Origin: Roseomonas sp.
GTDB lineage: Bacteria > Pseudomonadota > Alphaproteobacteria > Acetobacterales > Acetobacteraceae
Assembly: GCA_020249435.1 (NCBI GenBank)
Contig: JADCFQ010000020.1
Coordinates: forward strand, 20,522-84,521
Length of the DNA: 64,000 nucleotides
Direction of reading: 5' to 3'
Position numbers and translations under genes: made by a program. The stretch's first letter is position 1, and every line of letters begins with the position of its first letter. The notes beneath the pieces are model-generated. The model had not been told where the DNA came from. It ran no database searches and worked only from the letters and a program-made list of their open reading frames with translations. Below, piece by piece: positions 9,172 through 18,482 of the stretch.

Positions 9172-11229
9172 TCAAGGGGAAGCGGGCACCACCCAGGCAT
9201 CCGCCACCGTGACGCCCTGGCCTTCGGCAAGGATGATCAGCGGGTTGATTTCCGCCTCGGCCACGCCCGGATGGGCCGCGAGGCGCGATGCCGCCACCAC
9301 CGCGCGCGCCAGCGCATCCAAATCGCCGCGCGGCAGCCCGCGCCAGCCGGCGAGGGGTTTCAGCCCCTTCACCTCCGCGATCATGGCCCGCGCTTCTGCC
9401 TCATCCACCGGGGCGAGGCGAAGCGCCGTATCGCGGTGCAATTCCGCCATGATGCCGCCAGCGCCGACCAGGATGATGGGCCCTGCCTCCGGGTCTCGCC
9501 GGAAGCCGATGATCGCCTCAGCCAGGCCCTTCACCATGGGCTGCACCAAAAACCCAGTGATGCGCGCCGCCGGGGCGCGGGCCCTGACGCGTGTCAGCAT
9601 CGCAGAGGCCTCGGCCTCCAGCGCCACCGGATCGGGAATATTGAGCGCCACGCCAGCCACTTCTGTCTTATGCGCCAGATCGGGCGAGAGGATCTTGAGC
9701 GCCACAGGATAACGCAGCCCTGCGGGCACCGCATCGGGCGCGGCCATGACGGCAAAGGGGCTATCCAGGCCGAAAGCCGCGAAAAGCCGGCGCGCGTCAG
9801 CCTCATCAGGATGGGCCGGCGTGGTTTGGCTGATGGTGGGCGCTGCGGCCTCGGTGCGCGGCGCACGCCAATCGAAAAAGGCGCGGATCACATCGGCGCA
9901 GGATTCCGGCGTGCGGAAGGCAGGGATGCCGGCCTCTCCCAACAGCCGGAGCGACGCATCGGCCTGCGGCACCAGAAAGGCCGCGATGGGTTTGCCAAGC
10001 CCTGCCTTCACCGCGCCGGTAATTCCCGCCACCGCATCATGCGGGCGGAATTGCGCGGAAGACCCGACCACGGAAAGCACCATATCCGTGCCCGCATCGG
10101 CGGCGAGGGCTGAAAGCGCCGCCTCCACCTTATCGGCGCGCGTGCCCGCCAGCGTCACATCAATCATCCGCCCATGATGCGGCAGGCCAGCGGCTTCCAG
10201 CCCGGCCACGGCAGCGGCATCGGGCGGGCAGGTTTCAATGCCGACAACGCCCAAGGCATCCACCGCCATGGCACCACCACCACCCGTGGTGGTCATGACG
10301 GAAATGGTGCGTCGCGGATTGGCCAAGGGCTTCCGCCCAATGAACAAGGCAGGCGCTTCCAACAGCGCTTCAATCATCGTCACGCGCGCAATGCCATTGG
10401 CACGGAAGAAGGCATCCGCCGCCGCATCCGACCCCGCCAGCGCGCCCGTATGGCTGCCCGCCAGCTCCGCGCCGAAGCTTGAACGGCCAAGCTTGAAGGC
10501 AATGATCGGTTTGCCGAGTTCATGGGCGCGGCGCGCTGCGGCGGCGAGTTTTTCCGGCGCGCGAATCGCTTCCAGAAACAACAGCACCGCATCAACGCCC
10601 GGGTCTTCCACCAGCATGCCGGCGATTTCACTCGCGGTCAGATCGGCCTCATTGCCGGTGCCGATCAGATGCGAAAAGCCGATCCCGCGCGGTGCGCCGC
10701 GCGCCATGATGGCACCCATCATGGAACCGGATTGCGAAACGAGCGCGATGCGCCCGGCGGGCAGGCTATCGGCTTCCAGCGCCGCATTCACCGAACAGGC
10801 GGTGCGCGCGTTCAGATTGACCAGGCCCATGGAATTGGGGCCGAGCAGCCGCACCCCTGCCGCTTTCGCTGTCGCCAACAGTCTTTCCTGCAAGGCGCGG
10901 CCTTCCGGCCCGGCTTCGGCAAAACCATCAGCCAGAATGGCGGCGACAGGGATGCGCTTTTCGGCAACCGCTGCGATCTGCCCTTCCACATGCTGCGTAC
11001 CCAGCAGCAGATAAGCGAGATCAATCTCCCCCGGCACATCGGCCAGGCGCGGATAGGCGCGTTCGCCAAGGATGGTCTCTGCGCTTGGATTGATTGGGAA
11101 AAGCTCACCAGTAAAGCCATGCTTGCGCAGATAGACCTGCGCGCGCGCGGTCAGGCGCTTCGGGTCCGATGATCCGCCAATCAGCGCAATGCGGCGCGGG
11201 TTGAGCAGGGCAGAGGCAAGGCGATCCAT
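9172..11229 (-). CDS. ADP-forming acyl-CoA synthetase (acetate--CoA ligase family)
   Basis: CoA-binding N-terminus, LLGPNSMG, SQSG, phospho-His motif SHTGALAG, C-terminal ATP-grasp (PVALKI..HKTEVAGV, EINPL). Confidence 0.9.
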   Translation of the reverse strand: MDRLASALLNPRRIALIGGSSDPKRLTARAQVYLRKHGFTGELFPINPSAETILGERAYPRLADVPGEIDLAYLLLGTQHVEGQIAAVAEKRIPVAAILADGFAEAGPEGRALQERLLATAKAAGVRLLGPNSMGLVNLNARTACSVNAALEADSLPAGRIALVSQSGSMMGAIMARGAPRGIGFSHLIGTGNEADLTASEIAGMLVEDPGVDAVLLFLEAIRAPEKLAAAARRAHELGKPIIAFKLGRSSFGAELAGSHTGALAGSDAAADAFFRANGIARVTMIEALLEAPALFIGRKPLANPRRTISVMTTTGGGGAMAVDALGVVGIETCPPDAAAVAGLEAAGLPHHGRMIDVTLAGTRADKVEAALSALAADAGTDMVLSVVGSSAQFRPHDAVAGITGAVKAGLGKPIAAFLVPQADASLRLLGEAGIPAFRTPESCADVIRAFFDWRAPRTEAAAPTISQTTPAHPDEADARRLFAAFGLDSPFAVMAAPDAVPAGLRYPVALKILSPDLAHKTEVAGVALNIPDPVALEAEASAMLTRVRARAPAARITGFLVQPMVKGLAEAIIGFRRDPEAGPIILVGAGGIMAELHRDTALRLAPVDEAEARAMIAEVKGLKPLAGWRGLPRGDLDALARAVVAASRLAAHPGVAEAEINPLIILAEGQGVTVADAWVVPASP

Positions 11230-11241
11230 AAGGTCAATCCA

Positions 11242-11697
11242 TCAATTCAAGGCGGGGGCCACACAGCCCTCAGGTGGTTCGTCAGGTGGCGCGACATGCA
11301 GCGCCAGGAAGGCGATTTCTTGCGCGGTCTCCGGCAGGGTGTTCAAGCCGTGATCATGCAGCGAAACGCGCCCGGCTTGGATGCGTTCGCGCACCGCATG
11401 GCGCGCCAGCAATTCCCGCGTGGGGCGGATCAGCACGGCGCGATCCCCTTCCGGCACGCCATCCAGCCCGGCAAAGATGACCACTGCGGCGGGACGCGAC
11501 CAGGCAAGCCGCGCCGGCAATGGCCCAAGATGGCGCGCATTGGGCGCGAAGGCGCAGGCCGCCGCCGCATCAATCGCTTCCAGCGCACCGCTTGGCGGCA
11601 GGCGCTGCGCTGCCGCCAGAATCTCTGGCGGCGTGGCGGCTGCGCGCCCTGTTCCCAGGACGAGCAGCGCCAGCGCAGCGGAAAGGAACGGCTTCAG
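11242..11697 (-). CDS. Hypothetical exported protein, probable CTG start
   Basis: Track ORF 11242..11520 is open upstream in frame to CTG 11697, giving a signal peptide (LKPFLSAALALLVLGTGRAAA); the CTG overlaps the SDR stop (CTGA). Confidence 0.55.
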   Translation of the reverse strand: MKPFLSAALALLVLGTGRAAATPPEILAAAQRLPPSGALEAIDAAAACAFAPNARHLGPLPARLAWSRPAAVVIFAGLDGVPEGDRAVLIRPTRELLARHAVRERIQAGRVSLHDHGLNTLPETAQEIAFLALHVAPPDEPPEGCVAPALN

Positions 11698-12608
11698 ACC
11701 GGGTCCCAGCAGAAGACATCGCCGGAACGCTCAAGCGCCGAGAAAGCGGGCTTCAGCGCGGGCAGCGCATATTCTTCGATCATTTCCGGGGTCCAGCCTT
11801 CACTGCGGTGAATGCCGCGGATCGGGCGGGATTGGCTGTAGATGAAGATCTCATTCATCCGTGGCGAGAAGATTTGCCCCGTCACATCCTTCGCCGCATC
11901 GGAAGCAAGGAATACCGCGAGCGGCGCATTCTTATCCGGCGTCATGCGCATGATGCGTTCCACGCGGCGCTTTTGTTCCGGCGTTTCGGCAGGGATCGAG
12001 CCTGTCATGCGGCTCCAGGCGAAGGGGGCGATGCAATTGGACCGCACATTGAACCGCGCCATATCGAGTGCGATGGATTTGGACAGCGCCACAATGCCAA
12101 GCTTGGCCGCCGAGTAATTCGCCTGGCCGAAATTGCCGATCAGGCCCGAGGTGGACGACATATGCACATAAGCGCCCGATTGCTGGGCGCGGAAATGCGT
12201 CGCGGCGGCGCGGGAGACATAAAAGGACCCGGAAAGATGCACGGCAATCACGGCATCCCATTCTTCCGGCGTCATGCGATGGAAAATCTGGTCGCGCAGA
12301 ATGCCGGCATTATTCACAACAATATCAATGCGGCCGAAGTGATCCATGGCCGATTGCACGATCTTTTGCGCGCTCACCCAGGTGGCGACGCTATCGGTGC
12401 AGATTTCGGATGTGCCGCCGTTTTGGGCAATGATTGCCTTGGTTTGCTGCGCGGGCGTCGCATCCAGGCCTTCGCCTGACAGCGATGCGCCCACATCATT
12501 GATGATGACCTTGGCACCCTGGCCCGCCATCATAATGGCGATTTCCCGGCCAATCCCGTTCCCGGCGCCGGTGACAATGGCAACCTTACCTTCAAGCATA
12601 TTCGGCAT
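11694..12608 (-). CDS. Short-chain dehydrogenase/reductase
   Basis: TGAGNGIG, NNAG, YSAAK catalytic motif; AGGAGG RBS. Confidence 0.92.
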   Translation of the reverse strand: MPNMLEGKVAIVTGAGNGIGREIAIMMAGQGAKVIINDVGASLSGEGLDATPAQQTKAIIAQNGGTSEICTDSVATWVSAQKIVQSAMDHFGRIDIVVNNAGILRDQIFHRMTPEEWDAVIAVHLSGSFYVSRAAATHFRAQQSGAYVHMSSTSGLIGNFGQANYSAAKLGIVALSKSIALDMARFNVRSNCIAPFAWSRMTGSIPAETPEQKRRVERIMRMTPDKNAPLAVFLASDAAKDVTGQIFSPRMNEIFIYSQSRPIRGIHRSEGWTPEMIEEYALPALKPAFSALERSGDVFCWDPV

Positions 12609-12727
12609 GTGGCATTCCTCCTGCTTCTACACGGGCGGAGACTAGACCCGGCATGCCGGGCCGTGAAGCCGGGTTGCCGGTTTGGGCGCTGGCGCCTAGA
12701 TGGGGATTGTAACAAACGGGGTCAGCT

Positions 12728-13495
12728 GTGGCGTTGGTATCGCTTCAGGGCGTGGGCAAGGTGTTTTCGGGCCGGACAGGCGCCTGGGAAGCCGTGCGCG
12801 ATTTCTCCCTTGACCTGGCGGAGGGCGAGTTCTTCTGCCTGCTCGGCACCTCAGGCTGCGGCAAGACAACGGTGCTGAATATGGTGGCCGGATTTGAAGC
12901 ACCGACCGCCGGCAGCATCCTGCTGGATGGTGCGCCCGTAGAAGGACCTGGTGCTGATCGCGGCGTGGTGTTTCAGGGCCATGACAGCCTGTATGATTGG
13001 CTGACCGCGCTGGACAATATCGGCTTTGGCTTGCGGCTGCGCGGCATGGGCAAGGCCGAACGCCGCGCAAAGGCCGAACATTTTCTGCGTATGGTGGGCC
13101 TGAACGGGCAGGGGGCGAAGCACCCTTCGGAACTCTCGGGCGGCATGAAGCAGCGCATCCAGATTGCGCGTGCGCTGGCGAATGACCCGCGCATGCTGCT
13201 AATGGATGAACCCTTCGGCGCGCTGGATGCCATGACACGCGCGGTGCTGCAGGGCGAACTCAGCCGGATTTGGGCCGAGACCAAGAAGACCGTTCTGTTT
13301 ATCACGCATGATATTGAAGAAGCCTGCGCGCTCGCGACCCGCATCGGCGTGATGCGGCGCGGGCCGGGGGGCACGCTGAAGGCCATTGTACCGGTTGATT
13401 TGCCCTTCCCGCGCGAACGCACATCGGATGATTTCATGCGGGTCTTCCGCGATGTGCATGGCCTTATCCACGATGAGATTCACGGTGCGCACTGA
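12728..13495 (+). CDS. ABC transporter ATP-binding protein (TauB/SsuB/NitT family)
   Basis: GTSGCGKT, LSGGMKQR, LLMDEPFGALD, ITHD. Confidence 0.9.
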   Translation: MALVSLQGVGKVFSGRTGAWEAVRDFSLDLAEGEFFCLLGTSGCGKTTVLNMVAGFEAPTAGSILLDGAPVEGPGADRGVVFQGHDSLYDWLTALDNIGFGLRLRGMGKAERRAKAEHFLRMVGLNGQGAKHPSELSGGMKQRIQIARALANDPRMLLMDEPFGALDAMTRAVLQGELSRIWAETKKTVLFITHDIEEACALATRIGVMRRGPGGTLKAIVPVDLPFPRERTSDDFMRVFRDVHGLIHDEIHGAH

Positions 13496-14249
13496 ACGCC
13501 TGACCACCATTGCTGGCTATATCGCGGGCTTCGGCCTGCTGTTCCTGATTTGGCATCTGGCCGCCACCTATTTGGTGAAATCCACCCTGTTCCCGCCACC
13601 GGGCCCAGTGCTGGCACGCGGTTGGATGCTGATTGAAGATGGCATCCTCCAGGAACAAATCGTCGCATCGCTGAAGCGCATCGCGCAGGGGTTTCTGCTG
13701 GGATCGGCCATCGGCATCCCAGTCGGGCTCGCGATTGGGTCCTTCAAGCCGGTGCGCTGGCTGCTGGAACCCTGGACGGAATTCTTCCGCTTCATCCCGG
13801 CTGTCGCCATGATCACTGTTTCGGTGATCTGGTTTGGCATCGGTGAGGAAAGCAAGGTCTTTCTGATTGCCTATACCACCATCTTCGTTGTGATCATCTC
13901 AACCGCTGCCGGCGTGGGTGCGGTGGGGCGGGACAAGATACGCGCCGCGCAATGCCTCGGTGCCAATCGCTGGCAGGTATTTGGTCTGGTCGCGCTGCCG
14001 GCGACCGTGCCCTATATCCTGACGGGCATGCGGCTTGCCATGTCCAATGCCTTCGTCACCATCGTCGCGGCTGAGCTGATCGCTTCCAATGATGGGCTTG
14101 GCAAAATGCTCTGGGATGCCAGGCTTTTCATGCAGATTGAGGATATTTTTGTGGCGCTGGTCGCCCTTGGGCTGCTGGGCTTTGCGACCGATCGCAGTTT
14201 TCGCTTTCTGATCCGCGCCTTTGCGGGGCGCTTCAACGCAACCGTGTAA
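13473..14249 (+). CDS. ABC transporter permease (TauC/SsuC family)
   Basis: Hydrophobic helices, FRFIPAVA, IRAAQCLGA, AELIAS..GLG; start likely ATG 13473 or GTG 13485. Confidence 0.88.
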   Translation: MRFTVRTERLTTIAGYIAGFGLLFLIWHLAATYLVKSTLFPPPGPVLARGWMLIEDGILQEQIVASLKRIAQGFLLGSAIGIPVGLAIGSFKPVRWLLEPWTEFFRFIPAVAMITVSVIWFGIGEESKVFLIAYTTIFVVIISTAAGVGAVGRDKIRAAQCLGANRWQVFGLVALPATVPYILTGMRLAMSNAFVTIVAAELIASNDGLGKMLWDARLFMQIEDIFVALVALGLLGFATDRSFRFLIRAFAGRFNATV

Positions 14250-14263
14250 AGGGAGAATTCACC

Positions 14264-15223
14264 ATGCTTCGTCGTTCACTTCTGGCGCTGCCGGCCGCCG
14301 CTGCCGGCGCCTATATCCTGCCCGCTTCGGCGCAGGCACCCACCAAGATCACCATCGCGACCGGTGTGGATCCATCCTTCGCGCAATTCTACATCGCGAA
14401 GGAAGGTGGCTTCTTTGAACGCAATGGCCTGGATGTCACGGTGAATACCGGGCCTTCCGGCAGCGCGATGATTGCGTTTCTGATCGGCAATCAGATCAAT
14501 TCCGCCTATGGCGCCGAACAGGCCGGCGTTTCCGCCCATGTGCGAGATGCCAATGTGGTGGCCGTTGCCGAAGGTGTGGCGCTGATGCGCTGGCTTTCAG
14601 TCGTGGGCCGTGGTGTTGAGAATATGGAAGCGCTCAAGGGCAAGCGCGTTGGTGTGGCACGCGGCACGGGCAGCGAAACCTTCTGGCTTTCCGTTGTCTC
14701 CCGCCTTGGTCTCAACCAAGCCGATTACACCATCGTGAATGTCGAGGCGCCTGAGATGGTCGCCGCCATGGAACGCGGCAATATTGATGCCTTTGTCGTG
14801 TGGGAACCCTGGCCGACCCGCGGTACCCGCGCCATTCCAGGCAGCAAGATTCTGCTCAGCAACGACCAGATCGCGATTCAAAGCAATTACGTCTATGTCA
14901 ATAAGGGCTGGGCGGAAGCCAATCGCGCCACGACCGAAAGGCTCATGCGGTCCTTGGTGCAGGCAACCGAATTCGCCGCCAGCAATCGCGAACAGGCCGT
15001 GCAGCAGGTGGCGCGCTTCCTCCGCCAGGATCGTGCTTTCATCGCGGAGCTGATGGGCAAGGTCGAATATCGCATGAACCTGACCAGCGACAGTGTTGCC
15101 TTCATGCAGCGCGCGATTGATCAGCTGCGCGGCATGAACCGGCTGGATCGTCCCGTGACCACTGACCAGGTGATCTGGAAGGACCCGCTGGGCTGGGTTG
15201 CGCCGGATCGCGTGAAGATCTGA
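14264..15223 (+). CDS. ABC transporter substrate-binding protein (SsuA/NMT1-like)
   Basis: Signal peptide; LKGKRVGV, GNIDAFVVWEPW motifs. Confidence 0.85.
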   Translation: MLRRSLLALPAAAAGAYILPASAQAPTKITIATGVDPSFAQFYIAKEGGFFERNGLDVTVNTGPSGSAMIAFLIGNQINSAYGAEQAGVSAHVRDANVVAVAEGVALMRWLSVVGRGVENMEALKGKRVGVARGTGSETFWLSVVSRLGLNQADYTIVNVEAPEMVAAMERGNIDAFVVWEPWPTRGTRAIPGSKILLSNDQIAIQSNYVYVNKGWAEANRATTERLMRSLVQATEFAASNREQAVQQVARFLRQDRAFIAELMGKVEYRMNLTSDSVAFMQRAIDQLRGMNRLDRPVTTDQVIWKDPLGWVAPDRVKI

Positions 15224-15234
15224 GGCGCGGCTGC

Positions 15235-15690
15235 GTGGCGCTGCTGTTTCGCTGCGCCACGCCGGCGGATTTGCCCGCCATCATCGCGCTTTTGGCCGAT
15301 GACAGGCTGGGTCAGGGGCGAGAGGATGCCGCTGACCCACCGAACCCTGCCTACATTGCTGCCTTCGCCGCCATTTCCGCCGACGCCAATCAATATCTGG
15401 CGGTGGTGGAAGATGCCGGGCGCGTGATTGGCTGCCTGCAACTCAGTTTCATTCCAGGGCTTTCGCGTTTGGGAATGTGGCGCGGGCAGATTGAAGGCGT
15501 GCGCATTGCCGCCGACCGGCGCGGCGATGGGCTTGGTCGGCAAATGTTCGCCTGGGCTGTCGCGGAGTGTCGCGCGCGGGGTTGCGGGTTGGTGCAGCTT
15601 ACCACCGACAAGACCAGGCCCAAGGCGCGGCGCTTTTACGAAAGCCTTGGTTTTGTCGCGAGCCATGAGGGCATGAAGCTGGCGCTTTAG
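15235..15690 (+). CDS. GNAT family N-acetyltransferase
   Basis: IEGVRIAADRRGDGLG (motif A), VQLTTDKTR..A.RFYESLGF. Confidence 0.88.
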   Translation: MALLFRCATPADLPAIIALLADDRLGQGREDAADPPNPAYIAAFAAISADANQYLAVVEDAGRVIGCLQLSFIPGLSRLGMWRGQIEGVRIAADRRGDGLGRQMFAWAVAECRARGCGLVQLTTDKTRPKARRFYESLGFVASHEGMKLAL

Positions 15691-15791
15691 AGCGTGTTGC
15701 GTTCGCATGGGTTCACGCCACCCGCTCTACCTCGTTGTTTTCGAGCATCTTCACACGTTCAGATTTTCCATCTGAACGTGATCTGCTCTGG
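15687..15791. repeat. Two-hairpin palindromic intergenic element (CIR/RIME/Bru-RS-like)
   Basis: Ends TTAGAGC...GCTCTGG; arm 1 AGAGCG...CGCTCT; arm 2 GAGCA..CACGTTCAGAT-TTTCC-ATCTGAACGTG..TGCTC (perfect 11-bp stem); minus-strand linker GCTCGAAAACAACGAGGTAGAGC. Confidence 0.7.
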
Positions 15792-15798
15792 TTTGTGG

Positions 15799-16971
15799 TC
15801 AAGCGGCGCGGAGATGCCCAGGGTTGAACAGGCCTTCCGGGTCCAAGGCTTCCTTCACCCGCGCGCTGATCGCGGCGAGTGGCGCTGCCTCCGCAGGCAA
15901 GACCGGTACGGCAAGGCGTAGCGACTCCGGCGCGCGAAACAGCATCGTCGCGCCGGCTTCGGCCGCTGCCGCCGCGCTGATCGTGGCGTGATTGGTACTG
16001 CTGGGCGTAGCCGCGATCCAGACCAGCCCACCGCCCCAATCCAGCAGCACGCGACCACCAATCGCGCTTGCTGCGGCGGCGATGCACGGCCCGGCAGAGG
16101 GGCGCACCGACACGCGCCAGATGGCCTCATCTGCGCTGGCATTCAGCGGTTCAACTTCACGCATACTGCGCCAGAAGGCGCGACTTTCACCATCTTGCAG
16201 CACGCGTTGTGCGCCAAAATTATCCAGCATGGCGCATAGCTTTTCCATGCGATAGGTGACGGAGGCCGCAAAATCCTCAAGCCGCAACGCCGCGACCGCG
16301 TGATCCTGCGCCGGCAGTGCCGCCGCTGCGGAGACACCGAAGGGACTGCCAAGCCCAGCGGAAAGCGCGGCCACGGCGCTGGCAAGATCAGGCGCTTCGA
16401 TCAGCAGCGTCGCGCTGGTCTCGGGCGCCGGCAGCACCTTGAGCGTCACTTCCGTGATGACGCCAAGCGTGCCGTACGACCCAGATAAAAGCTTGCACAG
16501 ATCAAGCCCGGTCACGTTCTTGAGCACGCGCCCGCCGGAACGAATGGCCTCACCCGCGCCATTGATGAAGCGCAGCCCCAACACATGATCGCGCGTTGCC
16601 CCCCAGGCGATGCGTCGCGGTCCGGAAAGATTGGCGGCTACCACGCCACCAATGCTTGGCGGGGCTGAGGTGGCGAATATGCCGTTCAAATAGGGCGATT
16701 CGGCAATGAGCTGTTGGCCTTTCTCTGCGACGGTCGCTTCAATTTCAGCGAGAGGCGTGCCCGCGCGCGCGCTGATAATCAGCTCCGCTGGGCGATAGAG
16801 CGTAACGCCCGTAAGCGCGCGCGTGGAGACGCTGCGCGCGGCCTGCACGGGGCGCAGCATTCCGTGCTTTGAACCCTGCCCTTCAATGGCCAGCGGCTCA
16901 CGCGCCGCGCGCGCCGCCTGCACTGCGGCGATGATGCCGGCCTCGTCCATCGGTGTGATCGCGGTGTTCAT
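15799..16971 (-). CDS. glcE: Glycolate oxidase FAD-binding subunit GlcE
   Basis: YRPAELIISARAGTPL, SGPRRI..GATRDHVLG, GGRVLKNVTGLDL, LDWGGGLVW; coupled to glcD. Confidence 0.9.
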   Translation of the reverse strand: MNTAITPMDEAGIIAAVQAARAAREPLAIEGQGSKHGMLRPVQAARSVSTRALTGVTLYRPAELIISARAGTPLAEIEATVAEKGQQLIAESPYLNGIFATSAPPSIGGVVAANLSGPRRIAWGATRDHVLGLRFINGAGEAIRSGGRVLKNVTGLDLCKLLSGSYGTLGVITEVTLKVLPAPETSATLLIEAPDLASAVAALSAGLGSPFGVSAAAALPAQDHAVAALRLEDFAASVTYRMEKLCAMLDNFGAQRVLQDGESRAFWRSMREVEPLNASADEAIWRVSVRPSAGPCIAAAASAIGGRVLLDWGGGLVWIAATPSSTNHATISAAAAAEAGATMLFRAPESLRLAVPVLPAEAAPLAAISARVKEALDPEGLFNPGHLRAA

Positions 16972-18416
16972 TCGGCGGCGATCGCAGGCTGAAGCGCGCC
17001 TTGTAGCGGGAATACCTTGGCGGGGTTGAGCAACCAGGCGGGATCGAAGGCTGACTTGATGGCGCGCTGCTGCGTCAGTTCATGTTCCGCGAATTGCACA
17101 TTCATCAGATCACGCTTTTCCACGCCAACGCCATGCTCGCCCGTCAGGCAACCGCCGACTTCCACGCAAAGCTTCAGGATATCGGCGCCAAAGGCCTCCG
17201 CGCGGCGGAAACTATCAGCGTCATTCGCATCAAACATGATCAGCGGATGCAGATTGCCATCGCCGGCATGGAAGACATTGGCGACCTTCAAGCCGTATTC
17301 ATCGCTCATTTCGCCGATACGCTTCAACACATGCGGCAATTCGCTGGTCGGGATGGTGCCATCCATGCACAAATAATCCGGGCTGATGCGCCCAACGGCA
17401 CCAAAGGCACCCTTACGACCCTTCCAGATGGCCAGGCTTTGCTCAGCGGTCTCTGCGACCTTCAGGCTGATCGGATCAAACCGCGCGCAAATATCTTTTA
17501 TGCGCGCCAGCAGCGCGTCCTGCTCTGCTATGCTGCCTTCCACTTCAATGATCAGCATGGCTTCCGCATCCAAGGGATAGCCGGCATGCGCAAAGGCTTC
17601 GCAAGCATGGATGCAGGGCTTGTCCATGAATTCCAGCGCAACGGGGATAATGCCGCTGCCGATAATGGCATCCACGGCGGCCCCCGCAATTTCAATCGAG
17701 TTGAAGGCGGCGAGCATGGCGCGCGCCCCTTCTGCGCTGCGCAGGATGCGCACCGTCACTTCCGTGACAATGCCCAATTGACCTTCACTGCCGGTGATCA
17801 GCCCCAGCCAATCATAGCCTGCCGCATCCAGATAGGTGCCACCAATGTCAAGCACCTCGCCTTCAATGGTGACGAATTTCACACCGAGCAGATTATTCGC
17901 CGTCACGCCATATTTCAGGCAATGTGCGCCGCCGGAATTCATCATCACATTGCCGCCAATCATGCAGGCAAGCTGTGATGAGGGATCGGGTGCGTAGAAG
18001 AAACCCTTAGCCTCCACCGCCTTGGTGATGCCGATATTGGTCACACCCGCACCCACCACCGCGTAGCGATCCGCATAATTGATCTCGTGAATGGCATTAA
18101 GCCGCATGAGGCCAACCACCACCGCATCCGCCAAGGGCAGAGCGCCACCCGAAAGGCTGGTCCCCGCCCCGCGCGGCACCACACGAATGCCCTGTTCATG
18201 GCAATAACGCAGCACCGCCGCGACCTGTTCGGTTGAAGAAGGCAACACCACCGCAAGCGGTATTTGCCGATAGGCGGCCAGCCCATCGGTTTCATAAGGT
18301 TTAAGGCGAATACCCTCGGCAATCACGCCATCGCCTGGCACAAGCGCTTGGAGCGCCGCGACAATTTCTGCGCGGCGGGCGAGAATCTCAGGCTTCGGGG
18401 CGGGCAGGGGGATCAT
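16968..18416 (-). CDS. glcD: Glycolate oxidase subunit GlcD (FAD-linked oxidase)
   Basis: VPRGAGTSLSGGA, YAPDPSSQ, GGAHCLKYG, HAGDGNLHP, GEHGVG, NPAKVFP. Confidence 0.92.
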   Translation of the reverse strand: MIPLPAPKPEILARRAEIVAALQALVPGDGVIAEGIRLKPYETDGLAAYRQIPLAVVLPSSTEQVAAVLRYCHEQGIRVVPRGAGTSLSGGALPLADAVVVGLMRLNAIHEINYADRYAVVGAGVTNIGITKAVEAKGFFYAPDPSSQLACMIGGNVMMNSGGAHCLKYGVTANNLLGVKFVTIEGEVLDIGGTYLDAAGYDWLGLITGSEGQLGIVTEVTVRILRSAEGARAMLAAFNSIEIAGAAVDAIIGSGIIPVALEFMDKPCIHACEAFAHAGYPLDAEAMLIIEVEGSIAEQDALLARIKDICARFDPISLKVAETAEQSLAIWKGRKGAFGAVGRISPDYLCMDGTIPTSELPHVLKRIGEMSDEYGLKVANVFHAGDGNLHPLIMFDANDADSFRRAEAFGADILKLCVEVGGCLTGEHGVGVEKRDLMNVQFAEHELTQQRAIKSAFDPAWLLNPAKVFPLQGALQPAIAAE

Positions 18417-18482
18417 GGCGGTGTCCTGTGGCTGCGGCGAAAATGCACATCTGACCCGCCATGGGCAAGGGCCATGTCCACC

